Shown here one piece after another: positions 1 to 15,272 of a stretch of DNA of 64,000 bases. Each line of letters begins with the position of its first letter. Positions within the stretch are counted from its first letter, which is position 1. The stretch is from the human T2T-CHM13v2.0 reference genome, Homo sapiens, in assembly GCF_009914755.1 (NCBI RefSeq), contig NC_060931.1, one strand, 5' to 3'. The translations under genes were made by a program, and so were the position numbers. A model generated the notes under the pieces. It was not told where the DNA came from. It was given only the letters and a program-made list of their open reading frames with translations, and searched no databases.

Positions 1-1859
1 TGTTGGTTTGGTGCAGAGTCTAAAGGATAACATATCAAGGCTTACCTGTGATAGGCCATTTTAAGGAAATGGTGGCACTCTGAAGGCTGTCCCCATTCAC
101 CTTCCACAATGCTGGTACCATCCTGGTAGAAGAGCCCTCTGAACAGGACACCTGTTCAGGCCTGGGGGCCCCATGCTAGGCTTGCCTGGGTGTGAGAAGG
201 TCGAACTGGGTGGCTTAGGCCTTCAAATTGAGCTTGGGGGTGTCCAAGAGAGGGGTCTTATTCGAGGAACTCACATACCCCAAATAACCATCAGTGCACA
301 AATCATTCCATGCTCTTTGGCACCAGGCAGGAGATGCTGCAGGCAGGTGTCCGTAGTTGGCAAAAATGGGCAGTAGGGGAAATGGAGTTGCTTCAACCTT
401 TCTCAGTCCCGGCCCTCACTGCACCCACCAAGTCAAGCAGAGCTGGGTGGGCTGAGACCAGCATCCCAGCTGGACTGAGCCTGGGGGGAGGGGCTGGAGC
501 CAAGGAGCCCCCCTGGGTGGGGGCATCAGGAGCAGGGGCAGGGCCTGAGGACTGCTCCCCCTGCATGGAGGGCAGGCCAGGATGGAGCCCAGGGTAGACT
601 TTGAGGAAGGCTCAGTGGGCTCAGCAGAAGGAAGGCTCTTCTCATAGTTGTGGTTTTTCACAGATGGATTTGGGTGATCTGAGTGTGGTCAGGCCCTGCC
701 GTTGGGGAATGAATGCCACACGGGGTTTGTCTGTAAGCTGCAGTGTCTGTGATTCTGTGTGAACTGACAGCAGGGAGCTGAAGGACAGGCCCCGGCCTTG
801 GGAGAGGACACGGGCATGGGCTGCTGGATGCAGGGCTCCCAGGGCTGTGAAGGCAGAGGGGTCTCTGGAGGCAGACAGGGTGGGCTGGGGGCCAGCAGCA
901 GGGGGCAGAGCCCCAGCCAGGGCAGCTGCTTCCTGCACATAGACATTCCTCCTGCGCAGGGCCAAGTGCCCATGAGCACAGCCCCAGACAGACACGGTGG
1001 GGAGCTTGGAGCCCTCCGCTCACCTAGAGGAGCCCTGGGACACGCACTGGAAAGTATTCTAGGGGCTTCCTGCCTTATCCTTCTGTTTGTTCATACACTT
1101 AGTGAAAGCAGATCCTGTACTAGGATGTGAGGATATCTGTCACCTGCGTGGTCCATTCCATAAACACCAGATTCCATTTCAGTTGCCACACATTTTGGGG
1201 CTAGACTTCCCTAAACAACATGCCATTGTGAAATAATGCATATATTTGTATTTTTAAATTTCCCTGAAAATTTAATCTATTCTGTTCCATATGAAGTCTG
1301 TTTCACTACCTTAAAAAATAGATACTCCACTAGAGGCTGTGCTTAATTCAAATCCATGTGTGTGCCTGCATTACATGTGTGAACACGTGTTTCTGTTGTG
1401 TGTGTCATGCACATCTGTGTGTTGCATAGCATAAGCCAAATGAAAATCATTTGTTCATGGGATTCATATGAGGAACAAAATTAAATTTGAATACAGTCAG
1501 ATAACTGCCACGCAGGGCATTTGGGGAACCATCCCCGAATGCCCTGATGTGATTTCCCTCAGAAAATCCTTGTTATTAGAGGAGAAGGTCTGGGCAGGGG
1601 CAGCAGCATCTCAGACATCAAGTCAACTTTATCATCTACTACATCAGCACTGAAGTCCAGGGGCATTGAGGCACTAACTAGGTTCCATTTTCTTTGGTTT
1701 GGTTACTTATTTTTTCTTTTTGGGTTCTCGGTGTGCAGAGGCTGTAGAGAGAGCCTCAGGGCGGTGACCGCTGCAGGAATTCGGCCCTCCAGCTCCCCTC
1801 CAGTTACCAGGAGCCGATTTGGAGGCCAGGCCTTCCCAGCTGAGTGTCTGTCAGCTTCA

Positions 1860-2342
<483 letters not shown>

Positions 2343-2539
2343 TCATTTTAGGCACAACTCCTTCATTCTTTGTGAAATTAGTGAGTTTCCTTCTACCCGT
2401 CACCAGATTCAATATGTTCTATTAATACACCGATAACCACAGGGGAAGGGCACTTGTCGCTCTCCCACCTGGTTACCACAGTCTCCATGGGTCTTTTGCC
2501 GTGACCACAAATAAAGGAAACACTCATCACTAGTATCTA

Positions 2540-2740
2540 AGTCGGGCTTTACAGTAACTATGCACCTTCTGTGTGCTTCACCTCACTCTCTACTTCAAAC
2601 AGCCCATGGAGGGAGGTATTATTATACTCCTTATGTTGACAGTGAAGAATCTGAGGCCCAGAGAGGTTGGGGACTTGAGTAAAGTCACACAGCCCTGAGA
2701 GGCAGGACCAGGGTTCCATTCCTGCTCTATCCAGTTCCAA
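2540..2740 (-). mobile_element. MIR fragment
   Basis: MIR core-like 'gaagaatctgaggcccagagaggttggggacttgagtaaagtcacacagc'. Confidence 0.65.
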
Positions 2741-4822
2741 GCCCTTGTGTTTTCCATTATGTTTAGTGCCTCTTTGCTAACAGCAACATCTGCAAGATTT
2801 GTGTTGGTTTTGATGGAGAACTCTAGCTCATCCACATGCTAGTGCCCAAGTGGTGGAGGGGCCACCTCAGCAGGTGGGTTCTGAATGCAGCCAAGGCTGT
2901 CCCCGCAATGGGTGAGACTCGCTCCAACTGCCCGCCCTCAGAGCAGGTGCCTAAGTCCTCCCTGGCACTGGCAGGCCTTACCTCACATTGCTAAATTAAA
3001 GCAATGCAATTCCTCTTGGGTAAGAGGAATTCCTCCTTCTTTACTAACTGATCCCCAGCAAGGAAATAAAATGTTAGGCTTTAAAAATCCCTACTTTGTC
3101 ATATCAGACTATATTCTAAAACTATATTTGAGCGAAACCTGTCATTGCGTCTAATTTCAAATATACAGAATCTCCTTAAGAGCTGTTGCCTTATTTTTTT
3201 GTAAAGCCTCTCTGACATCAAATGGGGAGAAATGGTGGCACCTCCAGACACCCTGAAACTACACACCATTTCTTCCCTGCTCAGCTTCTGCTCAGGAGTT
3301 CTGTGAGCTATGGGAAGGCCATTGGTTGTATTTGCTACTTTTACTTTCATCTTCCTCTGCTGTAGAGCCATTTAATGTTATTGTCATATGCTGCTGGTGA
3401 GGTAAAGGTGGGTCCGGGTGCCTTCCCAGGGGTTAGAGGATGTTCAAAGGGCCGATTTCAGCAGGAGTTCAGAGGGCTTATGATGGATGGTGAGAGATTT
3501 GACAACCACCAGAGCACATGTGCTCTGACCCTCTCCTGGGCATTGGTTCCTGCTGGTACCGGGCGGTTCAGACCTTCAAATAGGTTGCTTTCAAAAGAGC
3601 TTTCAGGCACTTATTGAGAATTAATGTTTAAACAGACATAATAGCCTAGATGAACTCCCAAGAGATCTATTAAATCTTGTGGGCTGAATAAATATCTCGT
3701 GCAGGACTGTGCAACAGTAGCCCAGAGCATCCTGCCTGTGGGCATCCACCTCCCAGGTGAGGGCAGTGGGAAGCTGGCCCGACGGCAGCCAGAACTTGTT
3801 TCTCACCTCCCACCAGCAACCCCCCACCCAACTCTGGGCCCCAGGCACACGAAGCACAAGTCTCAGGGGACCATTCCCACATTGGGGGATCCTGAGGGAG
3901 CCCATCACCGCCTCTTGCATACAACTGTCCACTAGGAGGCACGCCCAGTGTGGGAGAGATGTATGGTCTTGCCTTCCACCTGTAAAAACTGCACATATGC
4001 AAGCCATTTGCACTCTGGAACTGCATGCCGTGAAAACTCCTAATGGTGTGGAACTTAGTTTGAATTTGAAATCACGCCGCATGCACAAAGGGACAGGCCC
4101 AGGCCCGACCTCAGGTCATCCGCCCGCTGGCTGCAGAGCATCCCTGGGAGCCAAGGCGAGGCCCGTGGAGCCTGAGCTTTGTGTAGCTCGAGCTTTGTGT
4201 AGCTCGTGCACTTATTATGCACCACCTCCCTTCAGTCACCACTCCTCTTCCTCCGCCATCCTCATTTATACTGATTGCACACCCCCCGCTCAAACAACAA
4301 TGTCCTTATTATGATGACCATCTCGTAGTGGTACATTCCATTCCTATTTAAGGTAAGCCCAAAGCCCACTTTTGGATTTTCTCGACTGTCCGAGAAAAGT
4401 TGTGTAAGCGCCTGCGTTCTTCTGGGTTTGGCTAGATAGGGTTGTGTCCCTCTATGGAATGGAGAGTGATGTGGGCAAGGGTGTCATTTTCTCGCACAAT
4501 ACAACTCACTGAGGATGCTTCTGTAGAAGTGAGAAACACGATGAGTACATTCAGAATTACAATAACTCACTCTCACTGGGTAACTTCTCATGATAGATTT
4601 GTATGATCAATACGGGTCTATTTTTATGTCAACTGAACACTGTAGGGTACCTTCCAGTCTTTTTCAAGATTGTTAAATTGAGACAAGTAATTGAATAATT
4701 TGTCCTATTTTTATTTTAAAAAAAGTGAATGGACTGAAATGTTAAATGTGAATGTACATTTCTTAATTGCAACTTTTCTACTGAGTGTTTGCACTATACT
4801 TTCTGGAATCTTATTTAACAAA

Positions 4823-4828
4823 AATAAA
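4823..4828 (+). terminator. Polyadenylation signal AATAAA (second AATAAA at 4874-4879)
   Basis: Canonical hexamer with upstream TGTA/U-rich element and downstream GT-rich sequence. Confidence 0.75.
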
Positions 4829-5020
4829 GGGAAAAAATTGCTTGACTAAACTCTGTGGCCATTTCAGTTGAAAAATAAATGGTTATGTGGATGTTTTGAA
4901 GACATTCCTGCCTGTTTCACATAACTTCTGGGGGAAGTTTTATTATTCAAAGTATTAAATACTACGTGACCCCATTTAGACTAAACCACACATGAACTGT
5001 TATCCCCCCATTACATACTA

Positions 5021-5322
<302 letters not shown>

Positions 5323-5543
5323 CATTATATGCTATTCCTATCCAGTGTTTTCATCTTGTGCCTTTTTGAATCTCACAATTACATTTTAGATAATATTTAA
5401 AATGTAATATAGACTCTCCATTTTACTAGCCTTTCTTGTATCTTAGAATATCTTGCTGAGACAGTATTGCTTTTTTGGTCTCTCAGAAGTTACTGTAGCT
5501 CAGGATGCAATGATAAGTTCATTTTACATTCATCTGTAAATAC

Positions 5544-5549
5544 TTTATT
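5544..5549 (-). terminator. Minus-strand poly(A) signal AATAAA, candidate distal 3' end of the SEPT7-pseudogene transcript
   Basis: TTTATT on + strand; use as a transcript end is inferred. Confidence 0.5.
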
Positions 5550-5704
5550 TCATTTCCTGTCTTAAAAGATGAAACTGATTACACGATCAGTTGATAATTT
5601 TTTTTTAAGTTTGATAATATCCCATTCAAGTTTAGTTGAATGGTGAAGATGGCTTCCATTGTTGTCATTGAAGAATCTTCTGTCTATCGAGTTGTTTTTC
5701 CTTT

Positions 5705-6158
5705 GTGTGTTTTCCTGGGGTTCTTCAAAGAAACAGAACCAAGAGGGCATGTGTGTGCTGTCAGAAAGAGAGAGGGGGCAAAAACAGGACAGAGAATTTA
5801 TTTTAAGGAATTGGCTTACATGATTGTGGGGCTGGCAAGTCTGAAGTCTATAGGAAAGGCCAGCAGGCTAGAGCCGCAGGGAGGAGGTAATGTTGCTACT
5901 TGAGTTGGAAGGCTGTCTGGAGGCAGAATTCCTTCTTCGTTTGGGATCTCAGTCTTTTTTCAAAGGCCTTCAACTAATTGGATAAGGCCCATCCACATTG
6001 TGACGGGCTATCTGCCTTACTCAAAGTCTACTGATGACAAATGTTCATCACATCTAAAAGATACCTTCAAAGCAACATCTACTCACAGGGACATCTGCTG
6101 CTGTGTTTCACCAAACACTGGGACCCATGGCCCAGCCAAGCACATATAACAACCATCA
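5705..6158 (-). mobile_element. MLT2 (ERVL) LTR, MLT2B/C-like
   Basis: Diagnostic 'gagaatttattttaaggaattggcttacatgattgtggggctggcaagtctgaa' and 'ggcccagccaag...aaccatca' end. Confidence 0.8.
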
Positions 6159-6369
6159 TGAGTGGTCTATAGTTTTTCTCTGATTGTCTCTTCAATTTCA
6201 GATGAAATCAGTTCCTTATAGAGAGAAGTTAAAAAAATCATTATGAAGAGAGCAATAGCCCAGTAGAAAAATGTTCAAAAAGCACATACGGAATTATAAC
6301 CACCTGAATTCTTCCTGCCTGCTGCATAAAGACCATGGCATTATAGTGGAGAAAAAGTTTAAGAGACCC

Positions 6370-7100
<731 letters not shown>

Positions 7101-7104
7101 CAGT

Positions 7105-7239
7105 AGAAAGAAAAGAAAAGAAAAGGGAAGGAAGGAAGGAAGGAAGGAAGGAAGGAAGGAAGGAAGGAAGGGAAAAGAGAAAGAAAGAGAAAGAAAAAGA
7201 AAGAAAGAGAAAGAAAAAGAAAGAAAGAAAAAGAAAGAA
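7105..7239 (+). repeat. (GGAA)n / (GAAA)n purine-rich simple repeat
   Basis: Direct reading. Confidence 0.95.
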
Positions 7240-7996
7240 TTTTGTCCCAGGAAGAGGGCCGGCCTGATGTGGTTCCAGCAAACTGACACAGGCCAAAGTG
7301 TGCATGTTACAGAGAAGATCAGGAGGGTGTCAGGACTTCCAAACACCCTGGAGCAAATTCTGGAGGCCCAGCTGTTGCCATTGATGTGGCAGATCCCAGC
7401 ATACGAGGAGCAAAGGAGAGATGACCTTCTTCTGGCTCTGAGAGTCCATAACCCTTTGAGGAAGATTAAGCAACAGGCACATTCTCACATTTATTTAATC
7501 TTTAACACCCCTACTGGCTAGGTATTGTTAACTGAATATCACAGATGAAGGACCCAAGGCCAGAGAACTAAAGGCTATGCCTGGCCTAATACCTTTTCCA
7601 CTACAGTGCTCCCTGATGGTGGACTTTCATATCAAAAAAGCACAAACAGTTACAAGCAGTTACAAGCAGTAGCAGTAATAGAAGTAAAAATGATGGCAAT
7701 AATGCCATGCAATAGAATGCTTATTATATGCCCAGCTGGGTTCTCAGTGTTTGGCGTGTAGCAACTCAGTGAATTTCTGCAACAGCATCATAAAGTAAGT
7801 ACTATTATTAATTCCATCTTGCAGATTAAGAAACTAAGTGTGGCTGAGAATATAGATGGCAGACATTTCTTTCAGATCTTACAACTTAGAAGGGCTCTGG
7901 ATAATTTGGAATTGCTAGTACCTGTGTCTCTTTTTCTGGAGGCCTTTTTCTGATGCCAGGAAGGTCCGCTGTACCTGTTTTTAAGGCAAAGAGAAG

Positions 7997-8505
7997 TGCC
8001 GAGACCAGCTCAGTTGGGGAGACCCTAACCCAGTGGTGCTAGAGGAATTAAAGACACACACACAGAAATATAGAGGTGTAAAGTGGGAAATCAGGGGTCT
8101 CACAGCCTTCAGAGCTGAGAGCCCCGAACAGAGATTTACCCACTTATTTATTAACAGCAAACCAGTCATTAGCATTGTTTCTATAGATATTCAATTAACT
8201 AAAAGTATCCCTTATGGGAAATGAAGGGATGGCCTGAAATAAAGGGGTGGGTCTGGCTAGTTATCTGCAGCAGGAACATGCCCTTAAGGCACAGATCGCT
8301 CATGCTACTGTTTGTGGTTTAAGAATGCCTTTAAGTGGTTTTCTGCCCTGGGCAGGCCAGGTGTTCCTTGCCTTCATTCCGGTAAACCCAAAACCTTCCA
8401 GCGTGGGCGTTATGGCCATCATGAGCATGTCACAGTGCTGCAGAGATTTTATGGCCAGTTTTGTGGCCAGTTTATGGCCAGATTTTGGGGGGCCTTCTCC
8501 CAATA
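7997..8505 (-). mobile_element. MER9 LTR (HERV-K9/HML-3), 3' LTR
   Basis: Minus strand TATTGGGAGAAGGCCCCCCAAAATCTGGCCATAAACTGGCC...GAGCTGGTCTCGGCA; preceded by polypurine tract AAAGAAGGGGGACA (8506-8519); AATAAA at 8147-8152 (-). Confidence 0.9.
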
Positions 8506-8625
8506 TGTCCCCCTTCTTTGATTTGCAAATCGATAAAAGCAAACGCAGCTTCGTCACGGTGAGCTACTTCTCTCAGGAGTCAGGATCCACATCTGCAGAC
8601 TATACAAAGACAAACAACACAGAAG
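8506..8625 (-). mobile_element. HERV-K9 internal remnant: env TM/cytoplasmic-tail end + PPT
   Basis: Translates FCVVCLCIVCRCGS*LLREVAHRDEAAFAFIDLQIKEGGH, similar to the HML-2 Env C-terminus (VCRC...KRKGGN). Confidence 0.75.
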
Positions 8626-9055
8626 GGTCATGGGTGCCTATGCCTGGGGGCCCGCAGCTGAGCCCCGGGGGAGGCGTTGGACAGATGCCCTCTCCGCTGC
8701 GGCGCCAGTTTCCCGAACCTCCTGGCAGGCAGGTGGTGCTGAGGGCTGGGCCTGCTGTCCCTCGCGGCTCCATGCGCAGGGCAGCTGCATGGTGCAGGGG
8801 CGCACGGCTGGGGGTGCTGGTGGGGCAGCTACGGAGGTGGTTCACGCGTCCCAAGCTAGGGTTGCCCCACAGGGGAAGGGGCGCCCGGGCGCGGCCGCCG
8901 GAGGCATTTGGCCTAGCTTGGGAGCCGTAGAGCCCTTCCTCAACCATCATCTCAGGGCGGCTTCACGTCCCCTCCACCCACGCGGACCGAGCTGCGCTTC
9001 CCTTCCCCCTGCTCGGGCCCGCGCTGGGCGTCCCAGACTCGACACTTCCTGAAGG
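8626..9055. other. Orphan CpG-rich fragment (CpG-island-like) between HERV-K9 remnant and SEPT7 intron
   Basis: Abrupt GC/CpG-rich block with sharp borders; source not recognised. Confidence 0.6.
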
Positions 9056-9915
9056 CCTGTAATTTTTAATTATAGCAGATTTATGTTGAGAAAACTTCAT
9101 ACTGAAATCACTGATTTATTTTGGGATTACCCAATTTTTTTCCTACTATTCTCAGATATCTATCAAACTACTGCTCTGTGGATTCTTATATTAAGTTTAT
9201 CCTTTTCTCCATCTTTTCTTTCTTGCCACCTAATGAAGGAAATGTCTCCAAGGTCTTTTTGACTAATAGAAACTAAATGTATAACTCGACATCTAGAAGG
9301 GTTTCAAGATAGTAGATATGTCTGCTGGGATGTTTTGTCATTACCCTGCCCAATGTTGCGACGCTAGGAGTTTCCTTGACACTACATTATAAATAAGGCC
9401 CAACCTGTTAGCAAAAATATCACATTCCCTAATTTTCTCTCCTTTAACTGTGTGTAATTTATCCAGGCATGTCTTTAGTTCAGTAAAGGTTATTTCCCTC
9501 TTTTTCATTCATACACAAATAAGTCTGGTCAATTATTATTATCCTAACACTAGTTTTTGTGCATACATCCACCCCAAACTCTCATTTTTAGTGTTCTTAT
9601 GCCACCTGTATGGAATGGCTTATAATTTTATTTTTCCCAACTCACACTTGTTCATTATAACTTTAATAATTCATTGTAAGTACTCTATTATGCTGTCATA
9701 CCTAATACACTATGTCCAAGCACTTATGTATTGAAGTCTATATTATTTTATTGTAAACAGTGCTTGCTTGTAGAAATTTCTCCATTTTGTTATGCTAGGG
9801 TATTAATTTTTAAAAAATATGTATAAGAAGGTTATATTATCTATAAATTTTACTGAAGATACTATTTAAAAAGGAACACAATGTCTGCTAAGAGATGGAA
9901 TATTGGACTGATTAC

Positions 9916-10051
9916 CTCAGCTTCAGAGTCCTTCAGTTTTTGAACTTTTTCTTTGACCTTCATCTCAAACACCTGCTCCATCTCCATCTCCATCTTCTTA
10001 ATTTTAGCTACTTGCTCCCTTCTTTCTTCTTCCATTTGTGCCAGAGGGCTC
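9916..10051 (-). pseudogene. SEPTIN7P2: SEPT7-derived exon I (136 nt), coiled coil: [45 protein letters not shown]
   Basis: catgacag|GAGCCC ... GCTGAG|gtaatc. Confidence 0.95.
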
Positions 10052-10648
10052 CTGTCATGAATATTAAGGGTAATCATTAAATGTCTGTGAATAAAAATTA
10101 TAATAGAACTATGAAACAGTTTGATGAAAACAGAGATGCTATAAATGTATATATGCCATTATTAATATATTTATAACCTAGAACTTCTTTCCATGATATT
10201 TCATATATAAAACTTATGAAAAAAATGTAAAAAGCAAAGATATTCTCTAAACCTACTACATATCAAATCTAAGGATGATGACATACCAAATAAAGTGTAG
10301 AAGGAAAATGGGGAAAAAAATTCCCAAAATACATTCACAGAATAAAATATCAGAAGAAAATCATTTAATTTTGTTCTTTAAACAACATTTTAACATGAAA
10401 AACAGAAAATGAGTAATGAAGTTAATGTATGTAGAGTATTTTTAGTTTTACCAAAATTTCAAGTGTTACAATCTCTTCTAAGACAGCTACTAACACCACA
10501 AAAATGAACAATATTATTATTTATTTTGGTAACTGAACTGATATGCTGGAAATCACTACTAGTCAATACCTAGAGCACTATATAGGTATACAGAGTATTT
10601 CTAGGCCCCTTATGGTAACTTCAATGCTCTTGAAAATTCATTCCACTT

Positions 10649-10992
<344 letters not shown>

Positions 10993-11901
10993 TTAAAACA
11001 CACACACATACTTTAGAGATAATCAGAAGCAAATATTTTTTTAAATGCCAGAATATACACATAAGCATAGTTAAATAAAAAAAAATGTTCACTCTGTTGA
11101 TGTTAAAGTCCATGGACTCAAATCTCTTTGGACAATTGGGTTCAAAATTTTTCACACTGAGATATATTTACAGGTGGGATTTATGTTAAGGCCAATATAC
11201 TTACTCACAGAGACACAAGAGAATACCAAAGTACCTAATGCTTTCAGCCCAGGAGCAGAAAGAGAAGTGGGCTCTTTGCTTTGAGAGTCTCTGAAAATTA
11301 TTCAATACCCTGGGACAAATTAAATGAGGTAGATCCTTCTTTGAATTTGTTAATAAAGCATGCTTGTTTTGTCTCCATAAAAACAGGCTTTGACCATTAA
11401 GGTTTATATTTTAAATGGGTAAATTTTATTGTAATACACTAATTTTAAGAAAAGAATTAACTCATGGCTTAAAAACAAAAACCAGACCTTGGATTTCACC
11501 CATAACTTTAAGGCTGGTCATTTTAACCCTGATTTGACACACTCTTATTATGGTGTCTTTTCTCCTTATTTGGCTAAATATTTCTGACCATCATAGCAAT
11601 CTTTTCTATAAAGGAAGCAGGCAAGAGAGCTAGAGTGAAAATGTTAAAAACAAAACAAAAAAGACAGCATACTGGCTACCAGTTTTTCTTAATTAAGATG
11701 ATCTGTTTTCGCAATTGCGTAAATTAGAATAAAATGTTATTTAACTCAAGGATATTTCTTCACTGAAAGAAAACTTACTTCTACATGTAAACCTGCCATA
11801 TACTTTTCCAATTAAGCAATGGATCAAAAGTTCTGAAAATGAAAGTAACCAGACATATTAACTTAGAACAAGAACCTGCATTTTAAAAGCGAGTCAGCTG
11901 A

Positions 11902-12152
11902 GGCCGGGCACCGTGGCTCATGCCTGTAATCCCAGCACTTTGGGAGGCCAAGGCGGTTGGATCACGAGGTCAGGAGACCGAGACCATCCTGGCTAACACA
12001 GTGAAACCTCGTCTCTGCTAAAAATACAAAAAATTAGCTGGGCGTGGTGGCACCCGGGATGCGGAGCTTGCAGTGAGCGGAGATCATGCCACTGCACTAC
12101 AGCCCGGGCAACAGAGCGAGATTCCATCTCCAAAAAAAAAAAAAAAAAAAAA
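11902..12152 (+). mobile_element. AluY-like with internal deletion in right arm
   Basis: 'ggtggcacccgggatgcggagcttgc' joins across the missing segment; TSD gagtcagctga. Confidence 0.9.
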
Positions 12153-12742
12153 GTGGAGTCAGCTGAAATACATTTTCAAGTGTAAATATCTTTTTTTTTT
12201 TTTTTGGTTAAAAGTTGATGAGATCCTTCTTAATAATATATTCCTCATATTAATGGCAGGTGTTTTTTAATATAGTTGCCTCTGATCTCCTGAGCACACA
12301 CAGTGTCAGCGACTGCCCTGAAACAGCATACCAAATGTGTTTGCCAGCATTCTTCCAGTGAAAGGGTCCAAAGCTTTTGTTACATTTTCAAAGAGTCTGT
12401 AATTCCCGCTGTCCCCTAACACCCCACAAATCTTTTTTAGGCTCTAGAAAAGAAATAATCTAAAAACGATTAATTGCTCATCTTAAGTAACCGAATATGT
12501 ATATTTAAGCAACTTAAGATTATTCAACAACATAATTGTGATTGTAAATACATTAAATTAGAAATCAGATATAATTAAATATCTAGTCCTACTTATATAA
12601 CTCATCTATAAAATGTTTATTTTACTTTATCCTTGGGAAGGAGCAGGTAATTTTGCTACCTAAATTATTATTTAAATAACTACAAGGGGAAAATAAGAGA
12701 CTGCAGAGAAAACATGCAATGATGTTTCAAAATCTTCTTTTA

Positions 12743-13063
<321 letters not shown>

Positions 13064-15272
13064 TTAAAAATCCCTGTATAGTAAAACTACTATGTCTTTG
13101 GAAAAACAATTCCCCGCCTTACATGCCTTCAACTGTATCATATCTAAAGGAACAAAAATTAGCGATTTAGCACATTAAAAGTAAAGCATGCTAAAAGCTT
13201 CAATTAAAGGCAAATGCGTAGCTTTCACAATTAAATTATGAAGGTATGTGCCGTAAATAAAAAATGTACAGTAAAATTCGCTAAAGCTAATTTATTTCCC
13301 AAATTATGTTCGTAATCATTACACTAAATCACTATGAAAATAAATATGCTGTGCCATTATCTTCTGAAAGTCTGTTCAAAGTTCTAAACCTGCTAAATGT
13401 GTGTACTTTCTAAAAGAAATGTGCAATATTTAACAGTTAAGATACTGTAAGTTTTTAGGCTTGTAAAAATAATCTGACCAAACATACTCAAATACTGTGA
13501 AAAAATGTTCATGCATATTTAAAATGAATTTTTTGAAGTCTCTCACCAGTAAAAATATTTCACATTTTTAATTTTTAAATTAATGCCTCACTTCTAGACA
13601 TCTTTATTAATTTTTAGAAAATCGAAACAAAAAATTATGCTTACAAGGCAGAAAATATAGGGAGATCACTTTTTGTCTTCACATTTACTATTTTTTTCCA
13701 AGTAAAACCTTTTATTAAACAGCTGGAAAAACCATTTAAGTTATATCATTGCCTGCCTGCTTTTAAATAGGAAACTCTTACCCACACACATGTAGTAGTA
13801 AAGCTTATAAACCTATCAGCGAAATTAAAAACCCAAAGAAATGAAAAAAGCCTAGTAAAACAAGCAAAAGTAAATGGTTACAACATAACCCGAATATGAA
13901 ACTAAATCCCCAAAGATTTAGCTCCTTCTAGGGATGTCTTTATAAGGTTAAAATTCCTGCAAGCCACACCCCTTCATGTGACTAATAAGAGAATTACAGC
14001 CACCACATAAGGATGACCTAGTCAAGTTCTACTTTGCTGCATTACACGTGACCCACCCTTGGAGTATAATAAAAAACAATCATGTTTCATTTAAATTATG
14101 TGTGGTTGTCTTTCCTAAAGAATACATTAAGCAAGTAGATTTACATACTTTTTCGCTCCAGTGGTTAGTAGGTCACTATGTGCAAAATTTTCCAAAGGAA
14201 TTTCACTTAAATTATTTGAAAGATCAATAAAAATTTCCAAAAATTTTAAGTAATAATGGTTGCCAACATCTTGTTTTGCCAAGTAAGAGTATTAAAACCA
14301 AACATAAACAAAACTCCAACTACTATCATTATAATTTTATGAAAGGACACTTGAATAAAGAGTAAAAGATATAAATAAATAAGTTTAATTTTTTGAAACA
14401 ACTTGAAATTTTCAGAAAATTGTCTTTATTTCTATTTAGATCAATGAGACTCTTGTATGAAGAATTCTGAGGATCTGCCTTTGGAACCTGTATTTTTAGT
14501 CATTTACTTATAAAGTTTTCCCAAGATGACTGATGGAAAAGGCTATGGAGAACAGAAAAATAAATTAACGTTAAGGGAAAGAGAGACTAGGGTGTGCCCC
14601 AACTTGGAGCAAGGTATCTATTGTCACAATTGGTACCAATGATACACATCAGTTCTGAAAAAGAGTCACCAATCAAATGTGATTTTAAGTAAAAGGTACA
14701 ATGAAGATCAAGAAAAAAGGAGGCAGATAAAAGTTCAAGAAGGAAGTTTAACAAGATGGCCCTCCTCTTATTGGGAATCACTTCCTTTAAGAGATCAGCA
14801 ATCTGATATGACCAACTCTTCTCCCCTTTCCTTTACAGACCCTTGCTGAATTTCCTTTGATTTGAAAGGCTACCCTTTCTGTGGCTTTCAGCCACCCACT
14901 ACCCTCCATAAGGGATGCAAGATACATTCTCTAAGGAATTAAGAAGTACTTTGATGGCTCCATACGTTCTTTGTCAGAAACAGGTAATTACTGGATAGCT
15001 GCTAAGAACAGCATCCACTTCTCCAGATCTAACCTTGAGACAAATTATAGCTGACTGGACAAGTTCAGCTATTCTTCAGATTTAAACAACACATCTAATT
15101 CTTGTTTTAAGTCCCTCTAAAATAGAATTGTTCCAGGGCTATTAACAGAAAGGCACATTTTCAGACATCTACACATATATTTTTAATTTTTATTTTTATT
15201 TCATGTTTCAATAGCCTCTACAGTTTGCCCAAAACTACCTCAGAAAATTTAAATATAAGATAAATTGATCTA

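Noticed and set aside
139-159. Perfect 9-bp hairpin CTGAACAGG-ACA-CCTGTTCAG
   Set aside because: Isolated short stem; could occur by chance in 64 kb and has no supporting context.
7991-8625. GAGAAG (7991-7996) vs CAGAAG (8620-8625) as a proviral TSD
   Set aside because: 5/6 match only, and the element lacks a 5' LTR, so integrase-generated TSDs cannot flank this fragment.
8247-8930. 227-aa ORF, the longest in the track
   Set aside because: Non-ATG start; runs antisense through the MER9 LTR/env remnant into a GC-rich shard where stops are rare.
9056-9075. Minus-strand ttacag|GCCTTC acceptor at the shard/intron junction
   Set aside because: A-rich upstream sequence with no polypyrimidine tract.
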